This document shows positions 13,292-26,722 of a stretch of 64,000 bases of DNA, piece by piece. The stretch's first letter is position 1. Every line of letters starts with the position of its first letter. The stretch is from contig OZ024741.1 of assembly GCA_964016885.1 (NCBI GenBank), positions 147,064,001-147,128,000 of the forward strand. The letters run 5' to 3'. A program made the position numbers and the translations under genes. Source of the stretch: Eledone cirrhosa. Taxonomy: Eukaryota. The notes beneath the pieces are model-generated. The model had not been told where the DNA came from. It saw only the letters and a program-made list of their open reading frames with translations, and ran no database searches.

Positions 13292-13574
13292 GTGGGTAAA
13301 TTTGAGGGGGAGAGGGGTGCCCATCCCGGGTACTCTCGAAGCGTCGGGTTGTTCAGGATTGGTGGGGTACCTGAGTGAACCCTGGGTGGTCATCCCCCTA
13401 TTGGGTAATTTTTCTTGTATTTTCTTGTTACTTTGTTATTGTTATTTATATTGTTTACACGTTTATATGTAAACCCCTGCTGTCCCAGTCTTTTGTATTG
13501 TCCCCTATATGTCGGCTCTTGTGGCCAATAAATGAAATCATTATTATTATTATTATTAGTAGTAGTAGTAGTAT

Positions 13575-13802
13575 GGTGATAGATTGGCAGTATCGGTAGA
13601 GTGTCTGACACCATAATTTGCAGCATAGAGTTACGACCCTTTATGTCCTGAATTCACCTCCCACAGAGGTTAGCTTTACCTTTCATGCTTGCGGGGTCGA
13701 TAAAATAAAGTACCAATAACATACTGGGTCAGTTTAATCGACTTTCCCTTCCCCAAAATTGTTGGCCTTGTGTCTAAATCAGAAACTATTATTATTATTA
13801 TT
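13575..13802 (+). mobile_element. tRNA-type SINE family A with (ATT)n tail
   Basis: Head with box A-like TGGCAGTATCGGTAG, central CTTTCAT.CTT.CGGGGTCGATAAAATAAAGTACCA, 3' end GGCCTTGTG...AGAAAC-(ATT)n. Many copies in the window. Confidence 0.8.
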
Positions 13803-14863
13803 GTATTGATGTTCTCGTTATTATTATTATTATTGTTAGTTTATTAATTTGTAGAGTAGTTATATCAATGAATACTGAGTCTTCAGATAGTTTAAAACTT
13901 ATTCTTGACAAATAAATCCTCTTAATACAACTTTCAGCTTTCTATAACAGCAATTGAAGCTTGTAGCATGGTAAAAAACACATTTATTTGAAGTGGAATA
14001 TAGTAGAGAAAACCTTGTAATTGGGAAATGTCACATATCTTAGAAAACTGTAATATTGTTGCCTACACATAAAAATAATTATTAATTTAGAGGGAAGCTT
14101 ATTAAATTAGAAAATGTAGTGATTAATAAGAAGCATCTATATAATCCAGCTCCAAACTTCTATATAAAAAATAGATATATATAGAAAATATCTCTTAAAC
14201 CAACCAGATAATGTATGTGTGTTATTTAAGCAGAGAAACACACAGAGCATCAATTTTGTTATAATCTATAACAATATTGGTAATGGGGCATTGAAGAAGA
14301 ATTAATTTCATCAGAAGATTCGATTAACAGCCATCGAAAAGGAAGTTATTTTAGACATATTTGTCCAATATATATGAAACAGGAATATAAATACTTATGC
14401 ATGTAGCTAGAAGTATGAACAATGTGGTTGACTTAAGATTGGATAAATTTGAAATTTGAAATGTATGCATCCCAACACAGTTGAGGCATAATTGTTGACA
14501 AAATTGAATAAAGTACCCCAGAAGATGGAAAAAGTAGACAAACACATATATATACATACACACAAATACACACACATGCATATATATATATATATATATA
14601 TATTTATTAAAATAACAGATTAAAGATTAAGCAAAGAATTGGTATATATATATATATATATATTGTTATACTTGGGGAGGGTCATATTTGTGTAATATTG
14701 CCAGAATTAATAACAGAACACACTCACTGTTTGGTTGGTTTTCGCTTCTCGCTGTCTTTTATATCGGTAATCTAACTTAATCGGTCCTCAATGTTGCCAC
14801 TGACTGACCGACGGTCAAAAATAATACAGATACAATATAGACACAAACACATATATATAGTTT

Positions 14864-14920
14864 ACATAATTTACATAAATCTTTCGTTGCACATCTGCAA
14901 CATCGTCAGTGGTGTTATAT
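14864..14920 (-). ncRNA. minimal type I hammerhead ribozyme motif (Penelope pLTR)
   Basis: Reverse complement of the 15042-15098 motif: CTGACGA-T-GTTGCA[GATG]TGCAAC-GAAA-GATT-TA. Confidence 0.65.
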
Positions 14921-15041
14921 TTTTCCTCCTGTTGTGTTGTATGTCTACGCCATTTTTTATTCAGTCTGTCTATAAAAAAAATAAAAAAATAAAAAAAAAA
15001 TAAAAAAATGGCGTAGACATACAACACAACAGGAGGAAAAA

Positions 15042-15098
15042 ATATAATACCACTGACGATGTTGCAGATGTGCAACGAAAGATTTATGTAAATTATGT
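15042..15098 (+). ncRNA. minimal type I hammerhead ribozyme motif (Penelope pLTR)
   Basis: CTGACGA 15053-59, stem II GTTGCA/TGCAAC, GAAA 15077-80, quasi-palindromic AGATTT, putative cleavage after A15086, stem I CA/TG plus ATATAAT/ATTATGT. Confidence 0.65.
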
Positions 15099-15356
15099 AA
15101 ACTATATATATGTGTTTGTGTCTATATTGTATCTGTATTATTTTTGACCGTCGGTCAGTTAATGGCAACATTGAGGACCGATTAAGTTAGATCGCAGATA
15201 TAAAAGACAGCGAGAAGCGAAAACCAACCAAACAGTGAGTGTGTTCTGTTATTAATTCTGGCAATATTACACAAATATGACCCTCCCCAAGTATAACAAT
15301 ATTTGTTTCGACACACGATTTCATATAAAAAACCTCGCTAAACTAATTCATTGCCG

Positions 15357-15882
<526 letters not shown>

Positions 15883-16329
15883 AAATCAGAGGCAAAAGGT
15901 TTATGTATGCAATGAAATCAAAACTTGCACTTTCGAACGGAATTAGAATCATTGCTGATTCTGGTTTATTTCGTATAATCTTTCAGTAATGTAGAGCATA
16001 TATGGAACGTTTGATGACCCTAATCTTTCATCAAAAGTTTCTTTTTTTTACTGTTTTAAGACCCAGATTCAGTCATGTGACCACTATCCAGAATTTTCTT
16101 CTTGATCAGTTCATACTTTGAGCGAAAAGTAGTAGCTAGCTGGCAAAGTTTAGTTTTGTGATTAAAAAGGTAAAGTTCTCATCTATTTATTCATTCCAAT
16201 GCTTTAAAATTTAATTTTAGATATTCCAAATTATTTTTTTCAAAGTAAGCACACCTATTATCTTTTTTTTCTGTTTTCTTTAGAACAAAGCTTCGATTCA
16301 TTTTAAAAATTATATCCCTGTAACATTTC

Positions 16330-17885
16330 TCATGTTTTCATTCACCCACGCAACTACAAAAGAGTCAATTAGCTCAGTTTACTATCTACTTTCCCGATCT
16401 TTTGCAACAAGAAACTTTCAAGAGGAAAGAATATTATCTTTCTCAGAAGAAAGAAACCAAAGCTAGAACTGAAAGCAAAAACCAAAGTGGGCAGCTAAGA
16501 ATGTTATTTTGATTCCAATTATTATTATGAACAGCGACAGTGGATGACAGGCTGTCTCATTCTGAATAAATTGTTTTGTTTCCAAGTCTGCAATTTTGTC
16601 AACATAAGGACACATAGACAACTACCAGTTACAGTGATTTGAACAATTTGATTACAGCTTTGGCGAGACACAAAATATCTCAGAACCATCTGAATTCCGT
16701 AATTGTTCTGATAACCTTTGGCTGACAATGAATTGATACAGTGATTGATCAATAGAAAGCAGCTTCGATTCACTTGCATAACAGATCAGAGGAAAATCAT
16801 ATATTGAAAAGGTGAATTCATTGTTTTTGAAGATTTTTGGCCTGACAAGAATTATCATTTCAAGGGCATGATGAAACAAAAGAATCAAACTATTGTAATT
16901 TTCTGGCTATATGTAAAGCAGTAGTAGAATATGATGATTGTTTAAGATTGCATTTAGATTTGGTGATGAAAAATGATAACTGCACATTTTCTGGACTTTC
17001 AAGTGATATTCAAAATGAGATCATTAATTGTATAGCTATAACAATGTATAAAGATTTTATTCACAGCTGTATAAATAATATTACTAATTAATTATAATTC
17101 TTACAGAATGAAAATATAAACACAAATAATATGTACAATTAATTATTGCTAGGAACCTTATAAATATAATAAATATAATTATATAATCAAAGCAAGGGAA
17201 AAGAACAAAAACAAAAATATGAAATTAATAATCGAAAAATACATCATTTGTTGCTCTTATGTTTAATGAAACTACAGATCTTCAAATGAAATCCTGATTG
17301 TCATGTGTTTTGAGATTTGTTGATGAGAAGGAAAAACCTCTAGAAGGGTTTTAGGAATACCTCAATGTCAGTTAATATAGAAGAGCTGAATAGCTGACAT
17401 AAGTATGATATTTCAAAGATTTGTTAATGAATTTAACTGTGGCTAAAAATTCATTGCAAAAACTTATGATAGAGTGAGCAGGATGACTGAGCATTTGAAT
17501 AGAATGCAAACAAGAATAAAGGAGAATTTTTGGTGTAAATGTCATATTTTTACATTGTTATGTGCATTCACTTAATTTGGTACTCTCTCAATCAGCTTCA
17601 AATATTCATGAATGTCAAATTTTCTTCCAAACTTTAAAAGGAATTTCAACTTTTTTCTCAAAGTCTACAGCTTGAATAGCACTACTGACTGAAATGTTGG
17701 GAGATGATTTCCAAAGTTATCTGAGACATGTTGGAATTATTCATCTCGACAAGTATCCATTTTATCTGACAAAATTACTGTTTTCTGAGCTATTTTCAAC
17801 CCTATTAGAAAATCCAGAGGATTGAAATGCTTCAGAATTAGCACAGGCAAGAGGATTTGTGGCAATCCTAGAAGATTTTGCAATA
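16330..17885 (+). pseudogene. decayed hAT-superfamily (ZMYM1-like/DUF4371) transposase
   Basis: Motifs in expected order: WMTGC..LNKLFCF, QELSFQGHDETKESN, FSGLSSDIQNEII, NETTD..LSCVLRFVD, TYDRVSRM..LNRMQ, LHCYVHSLNLVL, ETCWNYSSR. Many stops; AT-rich interruption ~17040-17230. Confidence 0.8.
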
Positions 17886-18916
17886 CAATTGCAGTCCAAG
17901 CAGGCACAAAGAATTGCAGCAGAGACAGTAAAGCTGTCTAAAGTTAACACATGAGAGGACTTTGGGGTTAGGTTAGAACCTGACTTTAGATCAGAAATTA
18001 AAGTGTTCTGGCAGATTATCCATTGACTTTATAGTAAGAAGTCCTCCACCATACCAGCTATTAGGAATGGATCTGGGGTTCTCTTCTCTTCAGGGAGGTG
18101 CATCTTTGCAAGGCAGAGAGAATAATTTGCTGATCTCCTAAACAGGATCACAACAGCATCTTCCGATGTACACAAAGTGCATCTAGGAGCAGTGACTAAT
18201 CTTTTGGAGGCTGAGGTCACAAAAGCAATTAAAGAGCTCAAATTTGGCAAGGTCACTGGGGAAGATAAAATCTGACTTGAGATGTTAAAAGCCTTAAATA
18301 TAGAAGGTATTCTCTGGTTGACTCATGTGTACCAGATGGCCTGGATCTCTGGAAAGGCTCCTGAGCTATGGCATTGGGAGTGATAATCGCAATTTTCAAA
18401 AATGGAGACAAAGAGGTATGTTCCAATTACAGAGGGATCTCCTTGTTAAGCCTCTGTGGTAAAGTCTATTCAAAGTGATGAAGGGAGATTATCAGGTCCA
18501 AGCTAGCTGATGAACACTGTAGTTTTCACCCCAAAGACAGCACAGGCAACCAAATATTCACACTGTGGCAGGTCTTCAAGAAATCTTGGGAGTATTGCCA
18601 AGTGGAGTATTGTTTTGTAGACATCGAAAAGGCATATGACTGCATTCCTTGGGATCTGCTGTGGAAGGTTCTGCAAAAGTATTGGATCGATGGTCAGCTT
18701 CTTCTTGCCCTGATGCCGGAGTATGTGTATTCAGATAAATGGTGCTGAATCAAAACCATCAGGATGCATACTATCACTTCTCCTGTTCATTATTTTCATG
18801 AACAGGATTGACATGCGAAGCCATGCTGGAAGTGATATCATGACAGGCAGTGTAAAATCAGTGGGCTGGAATTTGCAGATGACATGGTGTTCTTAACTTG
18901 ACAGAAGGTGATCTCC
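17886..18916 (+). mobile_element. decayed RTE-clade (Rex3/Expander-like) LINE RT fragment
   Basis: FADLLN, GKVTGEDKI.LEMLKAL, NYRGISLLSLCGKVYS, FVDIEKAYDCIP, LEFADDMV. Confidence 0.8.
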
Positions 18917-19491
18917 ATATATATATGTATGTGTATATGTGTGTGTATATATGTATATGTGTATACACATAAATATACATATACAAATACATAAACACAT
19001 ACACATACACAAATACATACACAAACACGCACACACACACATATATATGTGTGTGTGTGCGTGTTTGTGTATGTATTTGTGTATGTGTATGTATGTGTTT
19101 ATGTATTTGTATATGTATATTTATGTGTGAGAGTGTGTGTATGTATTTACTTTTTCGTACGTATGTGTACGTGCATTTGTGTGTATTGCTTACCACGCAT
19201 GTCTGTTCATCTACTCGTCGCATGTATCACTGTCAACTGTATAATTATTTTATTTTTTATATATATTTTTTCTTATATTTATTTGCGTGTGTGAATATGT
19301 AGAGGTGTGTATATTTTTCTAATTTTGTACATGCATATGTACGCATTTATGTATATGTATGTATGTACGTGTGTATATAGGTATGATTGTGTGCATGTAT
19401 GTATGTATGTATATGTATATGTGTATGGCTATGTATGTGTATGTGTATGCATGTATGTGTATGCATGTATATATATGTATATATATGTATA

Positions 19492-19528
<37 letters not shown>

Positions 19529-19697
19529 CTATTTCTATATATATGTGTGTATATATGTGTGTGTGGTTGTATATATGTATGTGTATGTATGGATGTGTTG
19601 ATATTTATGTGCATATGTAGGTATGTGTATATGTATGTATATGTGTGTATTTATATACACATATATATGTGTATATGTGTGTGTGTATGTATGAGTG

Positions 19698-19758
<61 letters not shown>

Positions 19759-19795
19759 ATGTATGCTTTTGTGTGTGTGTGTGTTTGCATGTGTG
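18917..19795. repeat. mixed (TA)/(TG)/(CA) microsatellite tract
   Basis: Seen directly in the sequence. Confidence 0.95.
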
Positions 19796-19912
19796 GTTTT
19801 ATTTTATTTTTCCTTTCCTTCTTCTTTCTCCAGCCTCACTTTCATATAGATTGCATTTTTGTTTTTAAAATCCAAATTCAATAAACAGACCAGGATTTTT
19901 TCATTCTGAGGA

Positions 19913-20521
19913 TTGAATGCAAAATTTTTTGCTTTTAAGAAACCACTGGTAAATGGAATAATTGTCATGTTTGTGGACGCCACCCCTGGAGGGAAATTAG
20001 CTAACCAGTGTAGAAAGGCCCTGAGAAAGACCCACTTAAAAATAAACGTGGTAGAAAAGCCAGGAACCACCATTAAATCCCTGATCAGCAAAACCTACCC
20101 TTTTAAGAAAACCCACTGTACCAATAGGAAATGTATCATATGTAAGGTGAACCCCCGGATAAACTGTAAAACTAGAAACGTAGTCTATAGCATAAGATGT
20201 ACAGAGGGTACTTGCAGAAACATGACAACAACATACATAGGTGAAACAGCTCGTAGCATAGGTGAAAGGATAGACCAACACTGGGGGGAACTAAAAGGAC
20301 GAAAAAACGGGTCAGTACTATACGAACATGCTAGACAACAACATGACGGTAACATAGACAACATAGAAATTAGAATAATATCTAAACATAGAAATGACCC
20401 AGCAGATAGGCAAATCAGAGAGGCCAGTGAAATAGAAATTAGAAGACCAAAGCTAAACAAAAAGAATGAATGGAATAACAACAACACCCAAACAAACAAC
20501 ACCGACCTAAGAGAAGTATAA
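19913..20521 (+). CDS. GIY-YIG endonuclease domain of a Penelope-like element (C-terminal fragment)
   Basis: VVY...YIG motif with conserved R, H, E and N residues; reading frame uninterrupted. Confidence 0.8.
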   Translation: MNAKFFAFKKPLVNGIIVMFVDATPGGKLANQCRKALRKTHLKINVVEKPGTTIKSLISKTYPFKKTHCTNRKCIICKVNPRINCKTRNVVYSIRCTEGTCRNMTTTYIGETARSIGERIDQHWGELKGRKNGSVLYEHARQQHDGNIDNIEIRIISKHRNDPADRQIREASEIEIRRPKLNKKNEWNNNNTQTNNTDLREV

Positions 20522-20750
20522 ATAAGTAAATAAAATAAGATAAATAAATAAATACATACACAAGCACAATAACAACAAGCACAGAAACACACACTAGTCA
20601 CCCATCACACAGCAAACATAACACTATACACACACGCAAACGCATGCGCAAAGAAGACAAAATAAAATAAACAAACAAGCAAATAAATAAATAAATATAT
20701 AGACAGAGTGAATAAAAATGGCGTAGACATACAACACAACAGGAGGAAAA

Positions 20751-20808
20751 TATAACACCACTGACGATGTTGCAGATGTGCAACGAAAGATTTATGATAA
20801 ACTATATA
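20751..20808 (+). ncRNA. minimal hammerhead ribozyme motif (Penelope pLTR)
   Basis: CTGACGA 20761-67, then T-GTTGCA[GATG]TGCAAC-GAAA-GATT-TA-TG. Confidence 0.65.
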
Positions 20809-21054
20809 TATCTGTTTGTGTCTATATTGTATCTGTAGTATTTTTGACCGTCGGTCAGTCAATGGCAACATTGAGGACCGAGTAAGTTAGATTACCGATA
20901 TAAAAGACACAGAAACGAGAAGCGAAAACCAACCAAACAGTGAGTGTGTTCTGTTATTAATTCTGGCAATATTACACAAATATGACCCTCCCCAAGTATA
21001 ACAATATTTGTTTCGACACACGATTTCATATAAAAAACCTCGCAAAACTAATTC

Positions 21055-21129
<75 letters not shown>

Positions 21130-21142
21130 TATACATATATAT

Positions 21143-23590
21143 CAATTCAGGATTTGGGCACCATGGCCCATTCGAGAAGAGAATTACTGTTTGCGGAGAT
21201 ATATCCGGGTGTGGGTGGTTTGTCCGGGATTACTTGGAGGAATTGTCCAAAGACTTCTTGAATTTTGTGTGGTCAGTTTCTGTTTTGACGTGTTCAGGTG
21301 TGATGTTGAAGAGAGCAGGGCCAATTGAGGTGAAATAATTGTGCCGTATTGTTGTTATGAGTTGCGATTTGGATTTTTGTTTGGGACGGATAGCACGGGG
21401 CCCAAGCCTTGGGTGTATTTTGAAGGTGATGCCAACATCATTTGGGCAGTGGTGATGAAACATTTTCCACATCTTGCAGATAATATAACGCTCACGGCGA
21501 CTTTGGAGTGAGTAAAGTTTCAGCTTTTCTAGTCGACCCCAGTAGTCAAGGTCTGACATGCCATCTATCTTTTTCGTGATTGCCCTTTGGGGAGCTTCAA
21601 GTTTGATGATACTTTGTTTCATGTGGGAACACCACAGTGGACAACAGTATTCAAGGTGTGGTCGGGCAAAAGTGGAGAAGAGAAGGATAATGGTGTGGGA
21701 ATCTCTCGACTGAAAGGTTCTGAGGATCCAGGAACATATTCTGCGGGCCATGTCAACTTTGCTGCTTATATGCGTGGCCCAGCTTATGTTGCTGTCCACA
21801 GTTACTCCCAAGTCTCTGATGTTGTTAGATGCCACGAGAGTTTCACCGGAGGGAAGGGAGTACGGGAGTTTCAGAGCATCCTCTTTTCCAAAGTGGATCA
21901 GTTCGAATTTGTCTACGTTCAGTAACATGTTGTTCTTTTCCGCCCATTGGGTAACAGCCAGTAGGTCTGACTGAAGGCTTATCCGGTCATCCACGCCATT
22001 GATAACCTTTTGGAGCTTGGAATCATCAGCGAAAATTCTAATGTTGCTGTGTTTGATGATGTCAGTGATTTCATTAATATAGATGATGAAGAAAAGTGGG
22101 CCCAACACAGTGCTTTGTGGGACCCCACTACTGACTTTGGCTGGGCTGTATTTGACTCCTTCGACTACAACATGTTGGGTTCTGTTTGACAGGAAGCTCT
22201 TGATCCACTGCAGCAGCTTTACAGTGACACCAATATTGGACAGCTTTCTCAGTAGAATGTTGTGATCAACCCTGTCAAAGGCCTTGCTGAAATCAAGGTA
22301 GATAACATCAGTGTTGGAACCCTCTCCCAAGGCTCTCAAAATGTCATCAAAGTGATGCAGTAGCTGCGTCAGGCAATCCCTTCCATTACGGAATCCATGC
22401 TGGTTGGAGTTCAGCATATTGTTACTCTCAAGGAAGTGAGTCATTCGCGATCTCACCACTCTCTCAAATACCTTAATGATATGAGAGGTGAGTGAGATTA
22501 GACGGTAATTCTCGGCAAGGGATTTGTTTCCTTTTTTGAAAACTGGGACAACAGACTGGGATAGGTTTTCTGGCACATATCCAGCATCCAGTGAGTTCCG
22601 CCACAGATTGGCAAGAGGAGATGCAAGTTGGTATTGACACGCCTTCAAGACACAAGCAGGGAACCTATCGGGACCTACTGCTGAATTATGCTTGATTTCC
22701 TTTATTGCCGCTAAGACATCAGGTGCGCCAAACGTTATGTCCGATAAGGTGTAATGGGGAGTAACATCGCCGATACAGCTCAGATCGGCCATATCAGGAT
22801 TGCTGAAAACAGAGCAGTATTGTTTCTGCAGTATCTCAGCCATGGTTTTAGCATTGTCTTGAAGAGTGCCATTTTCATCAATTAGAGGGCCAACAGTAGA
22901 GCCAGTGATTTTGTGTTTTTTTGCAAATGAAAAGAACACTTTGGGATTGAGTTTGATCTTCTCAATGGCCCAGGCCTCTTCAGCTCTTCTCTGATTGTTG
23001 ATGAGGGACATTATGTTGTTTTGGAGGTTATGTTTTTTAATCTCTAGTGATGAAATGGCAGTCAAGTTGATGTGTTGCTGCTGACAGTATTTCAGCTTGT
23101 TGATTTTTTTGTTAGTTCTCTTAATTTTCCTGATGAGCGTTTTTCTATTTCTAGGGATTCTGCTCTTAGATTTATTTATAGTTCTTAATGGGGTGTGTTT
23201 TGCACATATGTTTGTAACAGTGTCCACAAATGACTGCCAGGACTTTTTGATGTTAGTGGGTGTGTGAGTGTGTGTGAAGGACCAGTCGACATGTGCAAGA
23301 TCATGACTGATCGCTTCCCAGTTTGCATTGTGGAAATCCGTAGCGCCAAACTAAGGGACAGGAGAGATGACATTGGGTTTGTATATTGGACGGTGGAATC
23401 TCAGATCACAGAGAACCATGTCATGATCAGAGAGTAGAGTTTTCTCCACTGCAATATTGTGGATAGTGTCAGTGAGATTGCTGAAAATTAAGTCTAGGAC
23501 GTTTTTGTGGCACCTCGTTGGTTCGAGCACCAGTTGGGACAGGAAGAAATCATCCATGAAGTCAAGAAGCGATTCCACTGCTTCCCTGTC
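21143..23590 (-). mobile_element. 5'-truncated CR1/L2-group LINE
   Basis: 665-aa ORF 21230-23227 with ENYRLISLTS, QHGFR, YLDFSKAFDRVDH, SGVPQSTVLGP, FADD, RPHLEYC. End of the APE domain ([15 protein letters not shown]) at 23400-23590. (TA)n on both sides. Confidence 0.9.
21230..23227 (-). CDS. reverse transcriptase ORF fragment (CR1/L2 group)
   Basis: Uninterrupted 665 aa containing the core RT motifs; frameshifted at both ends. Confidence 0.8.
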   Translation of the reverse strand: MDTVTNICAKHTPLRTINKSKSRIPRNRKTLIRKIKRTNKKINKLKYCQQQHINLTAISSLEIKKHNLQNNIMSLINNQRRAEEAWAIEKIKLNPKVFFSFAKKHKITGSTVGPLIDENGTLQDNAKTMAEILQKQYCSVFSNPDMADLSCIGDVTPHYTLSDITFGAPDVLAAIKEIKHNSAVGPDRFPACVLKACQYQLASPLANLWRNSLDAGYVPENLSQSVVPVFKKGNKSLAENYRLISLTSHIIKVFERVVRSRMTHFLESNNMLNSNQHGFRNGRDCLTQLLHHFDDILRALGEGSNTDVIYLDFSKAFDRVDHNILLRKLSNIGVTVKLLQWIKSFLSNRTQHVVVEGVKYSPAKVSSGVPQSTVLGPLFFIIYINEITDIIKHSNIRIFADDSKLQKVINGVDDRISLQSDLLAVTQWAEKNNMLLNVDKFELIHFGKEDALKLPYSLPSGETLVASNNIRDLGVTVDSNISWATHISSKVDMARRICSWILRTFQSRDSHTIILLFSTFARPHLEYCCPLWCSHMKQSIIKLEAPQRAITKKIDGMSDLDYWGRLEKLKLYSLQSRRERYIICKMWKMFHHHCPNDVGITFKIHPRLGPRAIRPKQKSKSQLITTIRHNYFTSIGPALFNITPEHVKTETDHTKFKKSLDNSSK

Positions 23591-23883
23591 ATATATATAT
23601 ATGTATATATATATATATGTATATATGTATATATATATATATGTATATATGTATATATGTATATATATATATATGTATATATGTATATATATATATGTAT
23701 ATATGTATAGATATATATATGTATATATATATGTATATATATATGTATATATATATATATATGTATATATATGTATATATATGTATATATGTATATATAT
23801 ATGTATATTTATATATGTATATATATGTATATATATATATGTATATATATATATGTGTATATATATATATGTATATATATATG

Positions 23884-23916
<33 letters not shown>

Positions 23917-23953
23917 GTATATATATATGTATATATATATATATGTATATATG

Positions 23954-23985
<32 letters not shown>

Positions 23986-23990
23986 TATAT
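23591..23990. repeat. (TA)n/(TATG) microsatellite
   Basis: Seen directly in the sequence. Confidence 0.98.
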
Positions 23991-24110
23991 GAAGGCATGT
24001 GGCTGAGTGGTTAGAGAATTGGATTCGCAATCGTAAGGTTGTGAGTTCGATTCCTGGACCAGGTGATGCGTTATGTCCTTGAGCAAGACACTTTATTTCA
24101 CGTTGCTCCT
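23991..24110 (+). mobile_element. tRNA-derived SINE family B, 5' part
   Basis: Box A TGGCTGAGTGG and box B GTTCGATTCC, followed by CORE-like GTCCTTGAGCAAGACACTT. Related heads near 44260, 41780-41880 (-) and 63070-63200 (-). Confidence 0.8.
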
Positions 24111-24210
24111 TCTACCTGGAGTTGCGACCGATAGATAGTATTAGCAATTGGAAAGACCAACGGAAACATTGTTCCCTCGGTCCGATTTGACGAAAAGTCG
24201 ATCGTTCCTT

Positions 24211-26270
<2,060 letters not shown>

Positions 26271-26722
26271 CCGGGAGAGATGACCCCTTAGCCTTTGTCA
26301 AGGCAGAATTCTAGGAGAAGGAAAACTCTGATATAACACCTGCAACCCTGATGGTATCCAATGATGTTGACTTGTTCTTCTTTTTGGTAAATATCATCTT
26401 GGTTAAGAGAGTGGGACTGGCTTTGTGCAGTGCCTTTGCTCACTATAAAAGCTTCACAGCACAGGCATTGCTTTATATCTGGAGATCTCTCTGCACTTGT
26501 CATCACATGGTACCATGGGCCCTGCACTATGTGTCAATAATGGTCACAAGTGTAGTCTTTGTACCAGAGTTTTCAAGTCGCTGGCTGGACTAAAAAGTCA
26601 CATTCGTTCAGCGCATCGGTAGGGGTTCTCCTACATGGATATAAAGTAGTGGCCGTACTCGAAAACGAGTTGGCAGCCACCATATATATATATATATGTA
26701 TATATATATGTATGTATATATA

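Larger units (their letters stand above)
7733..13557 (+). mobile_element. L1/Tx1-like non-LTR retrotransposon copy B (full-length, mutated; related but diverged family)
   Basis: Same architecture as copy A. APE domain is complete (AISETRI, AIYAP, DWN, SYIDRI, SDHK, GYWKLN), RT has FRPITLLN and AYADD, finger is CPRCAQSDETVLHALVQCP, then AATAAA and (ATT)n tail at 13540-13557. Confidence 0.92.
19880..21055 (+). mobile_element. 5'-truncated Penelope-like element (GIY-YIG endonuclease plus pLTR)
   Basis: ORF 19913-20521 has a Cys-rich linker (CTNRKCIIC...C) and VVYSIRC...YIGETARS..R..H...RQIREA...LN. It is followed by a terminal repeat containing a hammerhead and ends in (TA)n. Confidence 0.88.

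Noticed and set aside
2805-13560. LTR retrotransposon or recent segmental duplication interpretation
   Set aside because: There are no LTRs, protease or integrase, and the two units are too diverged in ORF1 and UTRs for a recent duplication.
20840-20895. SECIS element in the Penelope terminal repeat
   Set aside because: A hairpin is present, but no proper UGAN/NGAN quartet could be paired and the visible ORF has no in-frame TGA.
23991-24065. tRNA gene
   Set aside because: It has A and B boxes but no complete cloverleaf or acceptor stem, and it runs into a SINE body.
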